64,000 bases of DNA from Paraspadella gotoi (GCA_051294375.1 CM119270.1:14668046-14732045); one strand, 5' to 3'; numbered from the stretch's first letter, positions 1 through 13,806 are shown. Numbers and translations: made by a program. The notes: generated from the sequence alone by a model not told the origin.

Positions 1-2
1 GA

Positions 3-34
<32 letters not shown>

Positions 35-272
35 AACTTGCTGATAATTTTGTCTCGCCAACAAAGCTGAATAAGACGTCGAAACCAATTAAGTGTTTTG
101 TATGATACTACTGTATTGCTAAAGAAAATTGACATTTTGTCCCCAATACTTGACTTGATACTTGACCCAAGTATCTCTTTTAGTCTTTGCAGCGGAGAAG
201 ATCTCAAAGAAAATTTAACGCCGGACGTCAAAAAGAATAAACGAGACTCAAAGGATATTTACTCAAAATATC

Positions 273-274
<2 letters not shown>

Positions 275-328
<54 letters not shown>
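275..328 (+). repeat. (GAC)n microsatellite
   Basis: Pure cga/gac run. Similar runs occur at ~3525, 4200, 42145 and 44858. Confidence 0.95.
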
Positions 329-330
<2 letters not shown>

Positions 331-1069
331 GGCACAAAAGAGAAAAACAAACAGAAAAAGTTAAAAGAGGATAAACAATAGAGTCGCCACGGGGTGGAGA
401 TGCTAGCGGAGTGCCACCGGGCGAGGCGGAAGAAGAAAAGGGGGGTTCCACCGGTCAATGGAGGAGAGGGGGAGAGAGAGGGAGAGAGAGTTAACCTGTA
501 CTTAATATTTTTCGCAGGTTGCTTATTAAAATCGCGCTTACTTCCATCCGAGGAACTTCAACCCCTCCTCCTCCTCCTCCTCCTCCTCCTTTTTCTCCCC
601 CTCCCTTCTCTTTCTTATTTTCCTCTCCTCTTTGATTTTTCGGTGTCATTTCGATATCATCTGGTTGAACAAATTAACATAGTATGCATCTTTGTTATCC
701 ATATATATCTTTGTAAAATTCCTTGACAACCCCATTAATTACTAGAANNNNNNNNNNNNNNNNNNNNNNNNNNNNNNNNNNNNNNNNNNNNNNNNNNNNN
801 NNNNNNNNNNNNNNNNNNNNNNNNNNNNNNNNNNNNNNNNNNNNNNNNNNNNNNNNNNNNNNNNNNNNNNNNNNNNNNNNNNNNNNNNNNNNNNNNNNNN
901 NNNNNNNNNNNNNNNNNNNNNNNNNNNNNNNNNNGGGGTGAGCTTGATGTGAAAAACATTTTTTTGCGGTTTTCTTCGGATTTCGAGAGAAAAAGAAGCG
1001 AAAAACTGGCATCCAACGCGAGGAAGGAATTCGTGATTATAGGTGTGGGAACACCCAATTTGGGGGAAG

Positions 1070-2700
1070 AATGAAAAAAAAAGAAAGAAAGAAAAAAATG
1101 GAAAGAAGTAAGAAAGAGACAGTAGGTGGTGGGGAGCCGAGGGGGGAAAGGGGAAAGAGGTAAGTAAAGAAAGAAAGGAAAGAGAAAGAAAGAATAAAGA
1201 AAAGAAAGGAAAGGGAAAAAGGAGAAAGGGAAGAAGGGTGAAGGGAAAGAGATGACCGGCCGGTGGTGGAGAGAAAGAGAGGGTGTAAAGAAAGAGGGAA
1301 AGGAGGGGAGGGCACGAGGCAGAAGAGGGAAGAGGGGGGGAGGGGAGGGAAGAGAGAAGGAAAGAGAGGACGGAGAGGAAGAGAAGGGGGAAAGACTAGA
1401 AGAAAGGGGGGGGAAAGGGTAACGGGGGAGCGGGAGAAAGAAGGAAGAAGAGAAAGAAGGAAAGAGGATGGGGGGAGGGGGCGAGGGCGGAGGAAGGGGG
1501 AAAAGGGAGTGTGAGAGGGAGTGAGGAGGAGAAGAGGAAGGGATGAGGCGGAGGGACCCGAAGGAGGAGAAGTGAAAGGGGTGAAGAAAAAATGAAGAGT
1601 AAAGAAGAAAGGGATGAAGAGGGAGAGGAGAGAAGGGGAGGTAAATAAAGTGGATGACGGAGAAGGGGGGAATGGGAATGAGAAAAGAGAAGGGAGGGAG
1701 CGGAAAGGAAAAGGCAATAAAGGAGGAGAGGAAAGGGCACAAAGGAAGAGAAAGGATAGAGTGGAAGGGGGGGGAGCGAGAGGAGATGTGCCAGGGGGGG
1801 AGTGGGGGGAGGGGAGAAAGGGGGGAAGAAAGGGGGAGGAGGGAAAGGGTGCCCAGGGTGGGAAGGAAAGAAGAGAGGAAGAAGTCGGAGGGAGGAAGGA
1901 ATAGAGAGGAAGATAGTGAAGGCGGATTAGGAAAGGAGGGGAGACCGGGAGAAGAGAGAGAGAGAGAGGAAGAAGGGAAGGGGGAGGAGGTAGGAAGGTG
2001 GGGAGAGGAGAGAGAAGAGGATGAGAAGAAGGGAAGGGAAGAGGGGAAATGTAGAAAACGGAGAGAGGGGAAAGGAGGGGAGGAAGGGGCGGGAGGAAAT
2101 GGGGAGAAGAGAGGGAGACCAAAAGAGGGGAAAGAAGGGAAGAAGACAAAGGGGGCGGGGAGGCGAGAGAGAGAGAGAGGAAGGGGAAAGGCGGGGGGGA
2201 GGGAAGTGGTGAGGCGGGGGAAGGCAAGAGGAGGGAGGAGATCAGGAGAAGGGGGGAGAGGGGAAGGGGAAGTGAGGAGGAAGGAGAGGATGAGAGAGAA
2301 GGGAGATGAGAAGAGTGGTAATGGGGAGGGGTGGAAGGAAATAGGGAAGGGGAGGGGGGGATGGGGAGGAGAAAGATGAGAGCGAAGTGTAGGGGAGAGG
2401 AGAGAGGAGGGGAGGAAAGAAACGGGAGTGAGAGTAGAGAGGGGAGTGAAAGGAGGAGGGAAGGTGGGAGAGCGGAAAACAGGGACAAGGAGAAGAGGGG
2501 GAGGAGGAGGGAATGGAGAGGTCGGAAAAGAGAAGAGGTGAAAAGGAGGAAAGGAAGAAAGGGAGAGAAGGAAGAAAGAGGAAAGAAGAAGAGGAGAGGA
2601 GGAGGAAGGGAAGGATAGAAGGATAGGGAGAGAAAGAAGCAAAGATGAAAGGGGAGACCAAAGAAGAGGAAAAAGAAAGAAAGAAAAAAAAAGAGAAAAG
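1070..2700 (+). repeat. Polypurine (G/A) low-complexity tract
   Basis: About 1.6 kb almost devoid of pyrimidines on the + strand. The counterpart at 17200-18415 consists of G and A homopolymer runs. Confidence 0.9.
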
Positions 2701-3522
2701 ATCGAATCCTAAATCTAAAAAACAGACTGAACAACTCGCGTAATTTTGCAATCAAGGAAAGAAAAAGGAACAAAGGATGTTGTTCACTCTCTCACTCCCA
2801 CCCTCGCCCCACCCCGCCAGAAATGTTTTGAAAAAAAAAAAAGAAAGTGATTTTCCCACTATATGTCTCACAACTTTCCCATCGTCCTTTTCCTCATTTC
2901 GTCTCGTTTCTGGCAGAGACACTTTTTCTCTGGAACCCATTTCCTTCCATCGAATTCTACGACTTTGAAATGAGCCTCGTTTTTACTTCAATTTCACCCT
3001 CACCGCCCCCCCCTCCCGCCACCCTTAATTCGCAAACTCGGAAGATTCACTTTTATTCGATCTTTATTGATTCTTCTCTTTACTCGTTCTCAATTTTTCC
3101 TCATTCTTCACCGGTTTCACATCAAACTCCCATCACTTCTCCTTTCACTCTACATATACGAAGTCTCACTGTCAACCTTTTTACTTTCTATTCATTAACT
3201 CTCTTATGTTTCCGCTTTTCATTCCTCTATTCACATCGTTTGTATTCTCTTAAAATACAAATTTAATTTCCATGTCGTTCGCGAATTCACGTCTATCAAT
3301 GGTGTTACTCTTCAAACTTTAACGTCCTCATCTAAAACATTTACCACTTTACTTTCCCTTAACTTACCCTTCCGCTTCCAGTTTCAATGCTTTCAACCAG
3401 CAGGGATTGGTTCTTCCAATTCGGCCTCGTGATTGGTCAAAAAACGGTCATCTTCGATTATCTTCTTAATTTCTAATGACGAATTTTATGTTTCGCATTC
3501 GAGAAAAACGACGACGATGAGG

Positions 3523-3562
<40 letters not shown>

Positions 3563-6500
3563 TGACTTTTCGTATGACTAATCTTCTACGTTTTTAGCCG
3601 AGACTAGCGCCAAGAGTCAAGATCAACTAAATTAGTTCTAAAATGGTTTTCCGTATTTATCTATTTCTGTCTTTTTTTCTGGCTACGGATACGAGTCCGA
3701 CTGTCGCAGTTCAGGAGGACCGAAATTCAAGTTTTGTATATAATAAAAAAAAAATTACGAAATAAAGAGACAAAAAGTTCAAATATTAAATTCTCTCGAA
3801 GTAGCGATGAAAAAATTTCTGACGCTGTATCGGCTGCTCGCCACAGACTAGAAGAATATCGCTGAGGAAACCACTTTATAATCAGTTGATAAATTAAATC
3901 ATATATTCCCCACCCGAGCCCTCATCCCCCCCTCCCTTGCCCGGTTATCCTCACGTCTCACACATTTCACCGTCGTGAACTCGTGAAAAATCGCGATGAA
4001 ATTCACGGAGGAATTTCGCTCTTTTTCGGCGGAATCGTCGCCGTCGCGTTGAGTCGTCGACTTTAAATTTCAATACTGGAACTCGGGTTTTTTTTTGTTC
4101 TTTTTTGTTCGTTTTTTATTTCAGTTTTGTTTGCGCGAAAACAGATGCCATCGGCGTTCGAAGTAGAACACGACGGTGACCAAATCCTCGCCAGAATGTC
4201 GACGACGAAGATGACGACGACGACAACGACGACGACAACGACGACGACGACGACGACGTCGATGTTAATTATCTCAACGATGTTGTCTGAAAATAACAAA
4301 TCCTTTAACCACAACAATGAAAATGTAAAAAATATTAGCTAGATACGTGATACGTAAAAATATGTTCGTATGTCCGTGGAGAATGTATGTATCGTAAAAT
4401 ATAAACTACTTTGAGATGAATATGAAATAGAAAAAATTAAGGGTGTCTTCTGAATTCAAAATGGCCGCCAAAATTGAAGAGAAAGGATATAGACCAAAAA
4501 AAAAGACAGGAAAGATGTTATCATAAAAATAATATAAAATTTATCTAATTTTCTTTACTGAAAACAAAAATGTCATTACCCATCAAATCATTGTTTTCCT
4601 CCGCGCAAATGGCCGATTTCCCTGTTTCGCACTTGTTGTTGTTTTGCTCAATTTCCTGCTTCGTTTCCGTTTTCGACGCCAAAATTGAGATGAGATCGAA
4701 GATCGAAGTGACCTTTTCTCTTTCCGCGGATGTTTTTCCCCGCGTCGACTCGCGAAACATTTTTTTTTCAATTCATCAAAATTTTCACTTTTCAAAATTA
4801 AAAAAAAGGGAAAAAAAATACACCTCGAATGAGAAAAGTTTCTCGACTTTATTTCCGGAGAAAAAAAAAAGTCGAAATTCCCGAAAATGAGAATCGATTC
4901 CCTTTTTTTTTTGGTCAATTTTTTCTTTCCCGTTTTTCATGAATTGTCTCTATCTAGTCTACTGACTCATTCGTTCGATCCTTTCTCAAACGTATTTTTT
5001 ATTCTTTTTCCCCTCGCTTATCCTGACTTGGCCTTTCCTATATTTCCGTTTCAATTTGCACGTCTCGTGCCACGGTATAACTTTTTACAATCAGAATTTA
5101 ATCAGGCAACTGAGAGTGCACAAGAAAAAAGAATGCAGAATGTCCGCGGCATCACGCCTTTCCGGCACCATTTGGCGAGTATACCACCAAAAAAAAGAGA
5201 GTAATCAAATTTTTAATCCTAATGACAGTTTTATTATATATATAAATTCAATATTAAAAAATTAGCTATATAACAAATCAATTAACAGTAGAATAAAAAA
5301 ATGTAATCTAAAAATTGGATTTAAATAACTTTTATAAAACAATACGAAAATATCATGCATCACCCGATAATCTATCATGAACAATGTTCTTTCGTCTTGA
5401 TTCACCATAACCAATAGTATTCTATCTTTAATAGTTTACTCCTGTACATTAATATTTTCTTCATTAAAATATTTATTTTAATTCTTTCTTTCAAAATAAT
5501 CTTAAATTAAAAAAAAAATATATAACCGAATGCAAATTGATTTGAAGACAAAATATTTCTGTATATTATTAAACGGCGACTTTAACCTACCCTACACTAT
5601 AGCCCTTCAAAATACATAATGTATAACGTAAGTTTATAACTATGCATGATGTATTGAATTAGAAAATAAATAAAATTAAATACAAATTACAAATATATGC
5701 AAAAAATTTTATAAACTTTGAAATTTTTTTTTTAGACCCACACATAAACATAATTTTTAAATTACTTGTTCAATGATGCTTTTAATAGCCTTACTGGTCA
5801 GTATGTATCTTAAATTTCAATTATTAATATAACTTTATGATAACTTCTTTTTTATTTCATTCAGGTACATACTGACTGCTATAATTTACTAGACTTTTGA
5901 CAAAAATACTAAACGAATTACCTGAATTCATTAAAAAAATTTATGATGATGAAACAGAACAAACGAAACTAATTCATTTTTAAATCAGAATGCACATATT
6001 TACATTTCTGATGCAAGTGCAATATCTGATATTATCCTTGGACAAAAATTTAAAACAGGATTCTTACAACAATCCACAAACTAGACAATTTTCTAAGCGA
6101 CCAACAAGTTAGCGCGTTGTTTAAAAAAAACTGCAAGTCACAATGCAAAAAACACATGTAATAAAAAAAATGTTCATCTCATTTCCTTGAATATCTTTTG
6201 CAAAAAAAAAACGACGGGAGCAAACGGTGCGGCGCTGTCGGCATATCAAATTACAAGCACCTAATCACTGCCGGACACAATTCTAATAGAAACAGTTGTT
6301 ACAACTTTTCATATCCAATAAATCATGTATACACAGTTCTTTATTTAAATAACGAGTATAAAATCTATAACAGTTCTTTATGCCATCTACTAAATTATCA
6401 ATGAAAGAGAACATATAAAATTTTCTGAAATTTCGTATTTAGTAAATGAAAGAGCGATAGTCCATGACATTTACATTTTACATTACACAATTAATTTTTC

Positions 6501-7090
6501 TCTACTTTCAATAAATTTGCTCATGTATTTTTCAAGTAAAGTAAAAAAACCCAAGCAAAAAATTTTGTAGAGCTTGATAAATGTTTTTATACTCTTTNNN
6601 NNNNNNNNNNNNNNNNNNNNNNCATACGCGGCATTTAAAACAAAAAAATATTATTGATCCAACACGAAATCATAACAATTGACATCACTGTATGATTATT
6701 TGTAAAGATAATTAACAAAACGACCTCCACATTGCATTTGCCTTCAGGCAATTATGTAGAAAAAAAAAAGTTTTATTCCCATATCACTTCATAAAAAAAA
6801 ATAATGTCCAAAACGTACTCGAATCATTTTTAAGTTTTGCCTAATAAATAAGTATAATCGGCACCAAAGCCTAGAAATTTCATCAAGAGCCATTCCCTCA
6901 TATGAGGTCGAATCCTTATGGTTTTGGAGGCAACGAACATGAAAGCGAAAAAAAAAAAATCGCAACAAACCTTTTTCCCATTTTTTTTTTTGTTTTTTCC
7001 GTCTTCTTTATCCCATTTTCTGAAGGTCGTCTCCTTCTCTTCATTCTTGGAATGTTCTCTTCTTTCCGATTTGCTCCTGACTCTCCACCA

Positions 7091-7133
<43 letters not shown>

Positions 7134-9051
7134 GTCTCTCTCTCTCTCTCTCTCTCGTCTCCTCTCTCGCCTCTCTCTCTCTCTTAATGTCTAATCCTGC
7201 GCCTCCGAATTCACTAGCTCTCCATTCTTTTTATCAATATTATCTATCTTTTCAATCCAGAGTGTTTGTTGCGTAGTTGTAGGCCGAGCGTAAGCTTTTG
7301 GACATAAGTTCTCACTACCAGACTTATAAAAAGTATCTTCAGCACCCATACGCTTCTTTCTTTCGCTTTCCTTTTCTTTCTTCGAGGTCGTTATCTTCTC
7401 ATTTAGATTCTTCATCTGTTTTTTTCTCTTTCCTTTCCGCTCTTCCATCTCCCCCCCCCCTCCTCTACCCGAAGGTTCTTCTCGCTTGCTTAAGAGTCGT
7501 CGTGTCGACCCATTCCCACCGCTGCAAGGAATCGTAAATATTCCCGCCAAATGTCAAAAAAAAGAAAGGAAATAGGATGAAGACAGATTGGTAAGTTACG
7601 AAAAATCGGAAAGAAAGGAGAATTAGAAAAGTCATCATTTGTCACACTCCTTCTTTTTATTTTCTTTCCGTCTCACTAATAGTACTTCAAAGTTTAGAGA
7701 AAAGAATAAATTTAAACGAAATAAATTTAAAATGATTTGGATTCATTCAAAATAAAATATCGGAAACGTAGCACTAACATGTTTACGATGTATCAGGAAA
7801 ATTATGTGTGAACCAAACTTGATTAACGTTTCCGTTGAGGCTTGAAGGGTCAAAGTTGACTCTCTTTTGGTGGGGGAAAAAAGAATTGCGTTCTTTGACG
7901 AGTCCAATTATCATTCCAAGCCTTGGTCTCCTTTTTACATTGCCAGCACAAAAACGGACCTCTATAGCCATTCATTGCTCCATTACGTTATTGTAATATT
8001 CATGTGGATATTCTGTATTTTTAGTAGAGTAGAACGAATATTGTTTACAAACAAGAAGGAAAGCTTAAATACCCACATAGTAATACGAATAGAATCCATA
8101 TTTTTTTTTCAAGATGCTTTTTTGCCTCTGTAAGCATTGTTTTTTTTTTTACAAAATTACTTCATAGATGAGGCACTGCGCAAGTCATATTTTTCTCATG
8201 CCGGTATTTTTTTTAAATAACAAAACACTGTGGTTGGATTTTTGTGATGTTCTCGTAAATCCTAACTCCTAAATGTTAAGTATTAAGTTCCATGTTCTTT
8301 TTTTTACAAACGAGCTACTTTGTAATTAAAATACAAAAAGTCCTTTCAGTCTACAGCCCAACCAAAGGCAATGAAAAAGAAAATTGAAAAATAGTGTTGT
8401 AAGACTTTTACCTTAAATGTAAAATGCGAGGCGATTCGACTCGACATCATTCGATACATAAAATTTCCGGAATCATAATAATTCTAATCTTTATTGAAAA
8501 ATTTCGTATAAACTATTATGAGTTAAAAGTAACGAATGTACGACTTATTTGTATCTCCTCATCAAACATCAACTTGTGCGTGGAGTCCGTCCCATCCGTA
8601 TCCCCAAGGTCCACCACCCCGGCCCGCGATTCCCTTTCTGCCCCGTTTTTTAAATTCTTGCCAAATTTTTCATTAAAATCTCATTTTTTTCTTTCGCATT
8701 TTGAAAATATTCGTGCCTTCACAGTTTTTTAGGGTATTATTATGAAAAGTCAAGCCGGCGTCGCTCGAATCGAGCAAACTCTTTTCGGGGATCAAAAGTT
8801 CTCAAAAAAAGAAAAAAAAAAAAAAAACTTTTGCTTTACCCGAAAAAAACTAAACCGGCAAGGTTCTAAATATAATGCTTTTTTGGTACTATTTTTCGCA
8901 ACGCTCTCCATTCTCCGGTTACCTAATTTATTGCCAAATAGGCAAAACTTTTATTTCGCTCTAACAAACAGGGTTTTTGTCGTTTTTTGAAAAACGTATT
9001 TTGCAAAAAATATTTATTAAAAAAAATATTAAATAAATTATTTACCTAATG

Positions 9052-9320
9052 TCCCAAAACCCAAACCCTTTAACCCCAACCATCCTTAAACCCCTAAACA
9101 ACCATTATAACCATAAACCCTCCGTTAAACTGTATTAGCGAAAGTAAAATTAACCGCCAAATATTTAACCAAAGCGACAAAAACTTTATCCTAAACCCTA
9201 ACTCTAATTCCTTAATCTTAAACCTTAATCCATATCTTGCTAGCCGCAAACAGTAATCATTAATCAAATCTTTAACTAAATTCTTAACCATAATCTTAAT
9301 CTAACCAATCCTTAATAATT
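9052..9320 (+). repeat. Degenerate (CCCTAA/CCTTAA)-like repeat
   Basis: Recurrent aaccc, cctaa and cttaa motifs. Confidence 0.5.
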
Positions 9321-9646
9321 AGTTTTAAACTTTGTCTTAAAAATTTATTTTAATTCCTGAATTAAGCTTAAATGAGAGCATTCGGAAAAATATGGCTTTT
9401 TTTTCTCCAGAATTATGATCTATAACCTTATTGAAATAAAAAGTCATTTTTTCCTCAGCGTAGGTACAAAATCTCATCATCTATTATTACTGAAAAAAGG
9501 AAGCAAGCAACTAACTAATTGCTTATTGCACTTTCACCAAAGATTTCGCTTAACGTTAATGAAAACAAATAAAAATTATGTTGCTGAGGGAGATTTAAGG
9601 ATTTTGCGCGGGTGGGATAAGAAATGGGAAGAAGAAAGACAAGAGA

Positions 9647-9691
<45 letters not shown>

Positions 9692-10275
9692 GAGAAGAGA
9701 GGAAGAGAGAGAGAGGAGAGAAAGAGAGAGAGAGAGACCGAAGTGCAGAGAGGAACTTAAAAATTTTATTGAATTTTTTCCCTTTCGATTTCACATTGAT
9801 TAAAAAATATTGTATAGCGGACAAATCAATGGTAATGAGAATTGGCGGGATAATTTTGAATCTGCCGGTGATCGATCGTTTTGGTGAGTTTTTGTTCTTA
9901 TTGATTTATCTCTAAGGTCTAACAATATCCCGAACTATGGTACATAAATGGAAGAACGTTTATTTATGTTTTATTTCTACGTATAAAAATGGAAAATGAA
10001 CGTTTGAGAGGAATGATGACATGTTGTACGAAACCCAAAGGTTTAAACCGGAGGAATGAGTAGATGGAAATACGACGAAAGACGACGACGATTTGACAAA
10101 AGGACGTACGACCGATTGACACGACAAGCAAGTAATCCCGACTCCCCGGTGCACTGAACTCCCTAATCCGCCCAAAAATCTCCCTTCATTTCATTTTGGT
10201 AGGACTCTCTCTTTTCTTGGCTTTACTTTCTTTTCTTCTTCTTTCTTTCTTTCTTTCTTTCTTTCTTCTTTCTTT

Positions 10276-10307
<32 letters not shown>

Positions 10308-10700
10308 TTTTTTATTTAACTTTCTAGTTACTTTTGTTTTCTTTGTTGTTGCATCTGTTCGTGGGTGCGCGGCATGTCTCTCTTTTTTGTCTTCAATTTC
10401 CTTATTCCCTTTCTTCATTTTTTTCTTTGTTTTTTACTTTTATTCTTTTTTCTTTTTACTCATCTCTTTGGAATTATTGACGTTCGCTTCTGTTTCCGGT
10501 TTCGTTTCTTCTAATTCTGAATTTGAAGAAATTGTTTAAAAGGCAAAAAACTCGCAGTGCGGAATTTTTCGAATACAATTTTTAAATACCTGAAAATAGG
10601 AGACGGCAAAAAAATACTTTACATTCACCGTCACCTCTTTTCACTTATTCACTCTATTTCCAAAGTTTTTAATTCAATATTTTTTCGGATTCGGTTTTAA

Positions 10701-11648
10701 GGCCAGGGATCACTCAACTAAGAATTTGTAAAAATGCGTAATTACTGTATCTTGAATTCATGTTCTCAATCCTGTAAGAGTTTTTATTAAAATTGTTGCA
10801 AAAACTTTTAAAAAATCTACCTAAAAATGTTCATAAAAATTTGTAAACAAATGTTTTTCTCGGTTAAAAACTAGAGGATTTTCAAGAGGAAAAAAATATT
10901 TTTTAATGTAAGCTAAATTCTACAACTAAATTTTTAACTTAAAACTGATTCTTTACAGTTAAGCTCAATTTCTTACTTCTATATTTAATCTCCTTTGACA
11001 AGTACCATACATGGGGTTGTATCACTAATAAGTCTAAAACAAACTACTCTTCACATATTTCCCAGTCGGTTTTTTATACTTTCATGAGTTTTTGAGTTAA
11101 AAAAAACTTATCGAATTATTTCAATTTGACTTTTACTTTATGTAAATGTTTAATGAGTTTAATGAGTACAGAGAATTTAACTTTTGACGCAAGTGAAGTT
11201 AAAAACGAAGAGGTTGCAGCTCAAACGTTTGACTCTTCTTGAAGAAAAAATATCTTGGGCAAGAAAGGAAAGGTGGGAAGAGATTCTATGAGCGCGTTTT
11301 AAAAAATGTTTTTCGTTTCAAAGATATTCAAGGAATTAATCCAAAATATTAAATAATCAAATTTTATATGAAGGAAGGCCAAATTTTGAAAATATCTTTT
11401 TCATAGAATTGGAGGTAGTGACCTAAAATAATTTCATTGCCAAATTTTAGAGAAAACCGCCTTACCGGTTTGGCTGCAACTCTGTCAAATGTTCTTTGTT
11501 TTATATAGTAACAAAAAAAATCAAAAAACGATGACGCCTTTGAAAAAATAGTAAAGTATGAATACATTTTCGGAATCGTCAGTGAGCTCTCTTTCGAAAT
11601 CCGAGTCGGTTTAGGCTAATTATAATTTGAATTGATTGATCCCGGACC
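10701..11648. mobile_element. Non-autonomous TTAA-targeting DNA transposon (Kolobok-like), ~950 bp
   Basis: TTAA|GGCCAGGGATCA...TGATCCCGGACC|TTAA shows imperfect TIRs and a TTAA target duplication. An empty-site version of the flanks lies at ~12126-12360. Confidence 0.75.
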
Positions 11649-11926
11649 TTAAAACAGGAATTCGGCTTCTGGTAATTCTCATACATGAATACAGTACAAG
11701 AAAGCAAGAAATTGGTAGGCTATTTTCTTGTTATAAAAGGAATTTAGAAACTTAAAGAGATCTCTAGCTCCACTCTTTTAGTTTTTTATTTTAAATATTT
11801 AAAATGAAGATTTAACAAAGGTTAATTTAAGGAAAAAGCCAACGCGGAATCGTAATTCAACAAATATGACCAATAGAAATCCTCGGTCACTTCTCTCTTG
11901 TATATTTCGACCAATTAATGGAGCCT

Positions 11927-12045
11927 GGTCACTGCCTTCGTCACAAGCGGTCACAAGCAAGTCACAGTGCCTGTCACAAGGCGCGTCACACACGGTCACA
12001 AGCAGTCACAAATTTCGTGCGACCGAGTGTGACCGGTCACACGCG
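11927..12045. repeat. Degenerate GTCAC(A) minisatellite-like array
   Basis: About 9 GTCAC motifs, mostly 11-13 bp apart. Confidence 0.8.
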
Positions 12046-13736
12046 GGTCAGCCAGAAAACTCGGTCGCAACTTTTCAGCCAATCAGAAGCGCGAAAAAAT
12101 AAGAAGAAAATAAATTTCATTCGTCTAATTCTGGAATTTTTGTAAAATTGTCAAAAGGCAAAAACTCCAGTAGCGAATTTTTGCTAATACAATTTTAAAA
12201 TACGCTGGAAAGATAGAGACGGCAAAAAATTACTTTACATTCACCGTCACCTCTTTTCACTTTATCACTTATTCCACAAAGTGTTAATTCAATATTGTTT
12301 TTCGATTCGGTTTTAGAACAGAATTCCTTCTGTAATTCTCATACATGAATTACAATACCATTCTCATAAATGAAGAAAAAAGCATAGTCGAATTTAATAT
12401 TTAATGATTTAATAAAGGAATGGACTGGTCGCCGAAATCCCGCCTCCCAATTTCCGACTTTTAAAAGCTTCACGCTGTTTTAAATAGACGACGTCGCCGA
12501 TTAAGGCCTGCGAAGACGAACGAACAACGACGACGACGACGATGACGAAGGACGGTAACGAGTCGAACGACAATGTAACGCTCTGGAAAAAGTCTTTGGA
12601 AGATCGAAAGGCGACTGGCGACGTGCGACGGCGACGACCGACGACGACGGATATAAAACGGTTGTGGACTACAATTTGAAAATGTTTAACATTGAATTTG
12701 GCTATTGTAGAATACTCTTCGTTACTTTCAAGTTTTAATATTTTTGATATTCTTACTTTACGCATTGAAGAATTGCAATGTCTTTTCACGACATTTCACC
12801 CGATAGTCAACTCCAACAACAACAACGACCAAGGCCGGACGAACCTATCTCACTTTCACGAACCAATTCGCCCGGCCAAACTCTTCAGCGTCGGGATTTT
12901 CCAAGATTGATTTCATCCTCCGAAAAAAGAGACATTTTATAAAATATCGATAAAAAACCCGAGTGAGTCTAGTAAGGGGGGACATTGGAGGGTGGTGCTC
13001 GATTGACGACTCCGAGCGGCGCCCAATTAGAAGATCTTTCCGAGGGAAGCAAGCGGTTTCCGATGGGATACAGACGAAATTGTTACAATGAAAAAACCAG
13101 TTTTTTACTATTTTTTCTTAAGTTAATTGGAAGCGATTAAAATTTTGAGGAAAAAAAAAATTTAATGGGAAAATCTTACGGTAATTATATTTTTTCCGGA
13201 CACTTTATTTGTTTAATTTAAATAGATTGCTCTTTAATTATGTTTAATTTAAATAGATTGCTCTTTCCGTACGATTCCTAGAAAGTTTTTCCCCCTGATG
13301 AACTTTTTAGTTGAAAAATATGGGAATTATTTCTTTTTTTATCTTCGTTTAATTTGGTTTTTCCGAGATGCCCACCAAAAAAAAAAGGATTCTCAACTGG
13401 GGACGATTGAGTTAAAAAGAGAGAGAATCGAAGCCGGTTTTAGGTAATCCAGTTATTACTATTAGTATCTATTCCATTTATAATTCGCCGCTAGTTTTAG
13501 TAAAACTTGAGAACTAAGACGGATTCTCTTGGACAGACTTTACGCCAGTCAAGAGCAGATCAACCAGTGCCGGTGCTCGTGTGACTCGCCTTTTTAACGC
13601 CCAAACCGCAGAGTCCCCTCTTCCTATCATAAATCAAAAATGAGCAAATCAAAGAAGAGAAGTTTTTAATCGTTTTTTCCGAATGATTAACTCATTAACA
13701 TTTACTCCCTTCAGTTTCAAGTGGGTCAACGGCGAG

Positions 13737-13806
<70 letters not shown>

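Larger units (their letters stand above)
1..5040 (+). repeat. Block duplicated at ~15830-20750 plus 22148-22240
   Basis: Colinear matches: 37-720 with 15866-16570, 2700-4950 with 18420-20750, and 4957-5040 with 22148-22240. Confidence 0.93.

Noticed and set aside
735-2773. Long minus-strand ORFs (635 aa and 578 aa) and plus-strand G/E/R/K-rich ORFs
   Set aside because: They are artefacts of a polypurine tract that lacks stop codons; no domain is present and one runs into Ns.
4437-4472. ttaagggtgtc...caaaatggccgcc as another TTAA element end or a YY1 site
   Set aside because: No matching opposite terminus was found, and the duplicate copy differs at the putative end.
7270-7325. tRNA A-box-like sequence (taggccgagcgtaag)
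   Set aside because: No B-box or cloverleaf follows.
11927-12045. CRISPR-like repeat-spacer pattern
   Set aside because: The repeats are only 5-6 bp, the context is eukaryotic and there are no cas genes.
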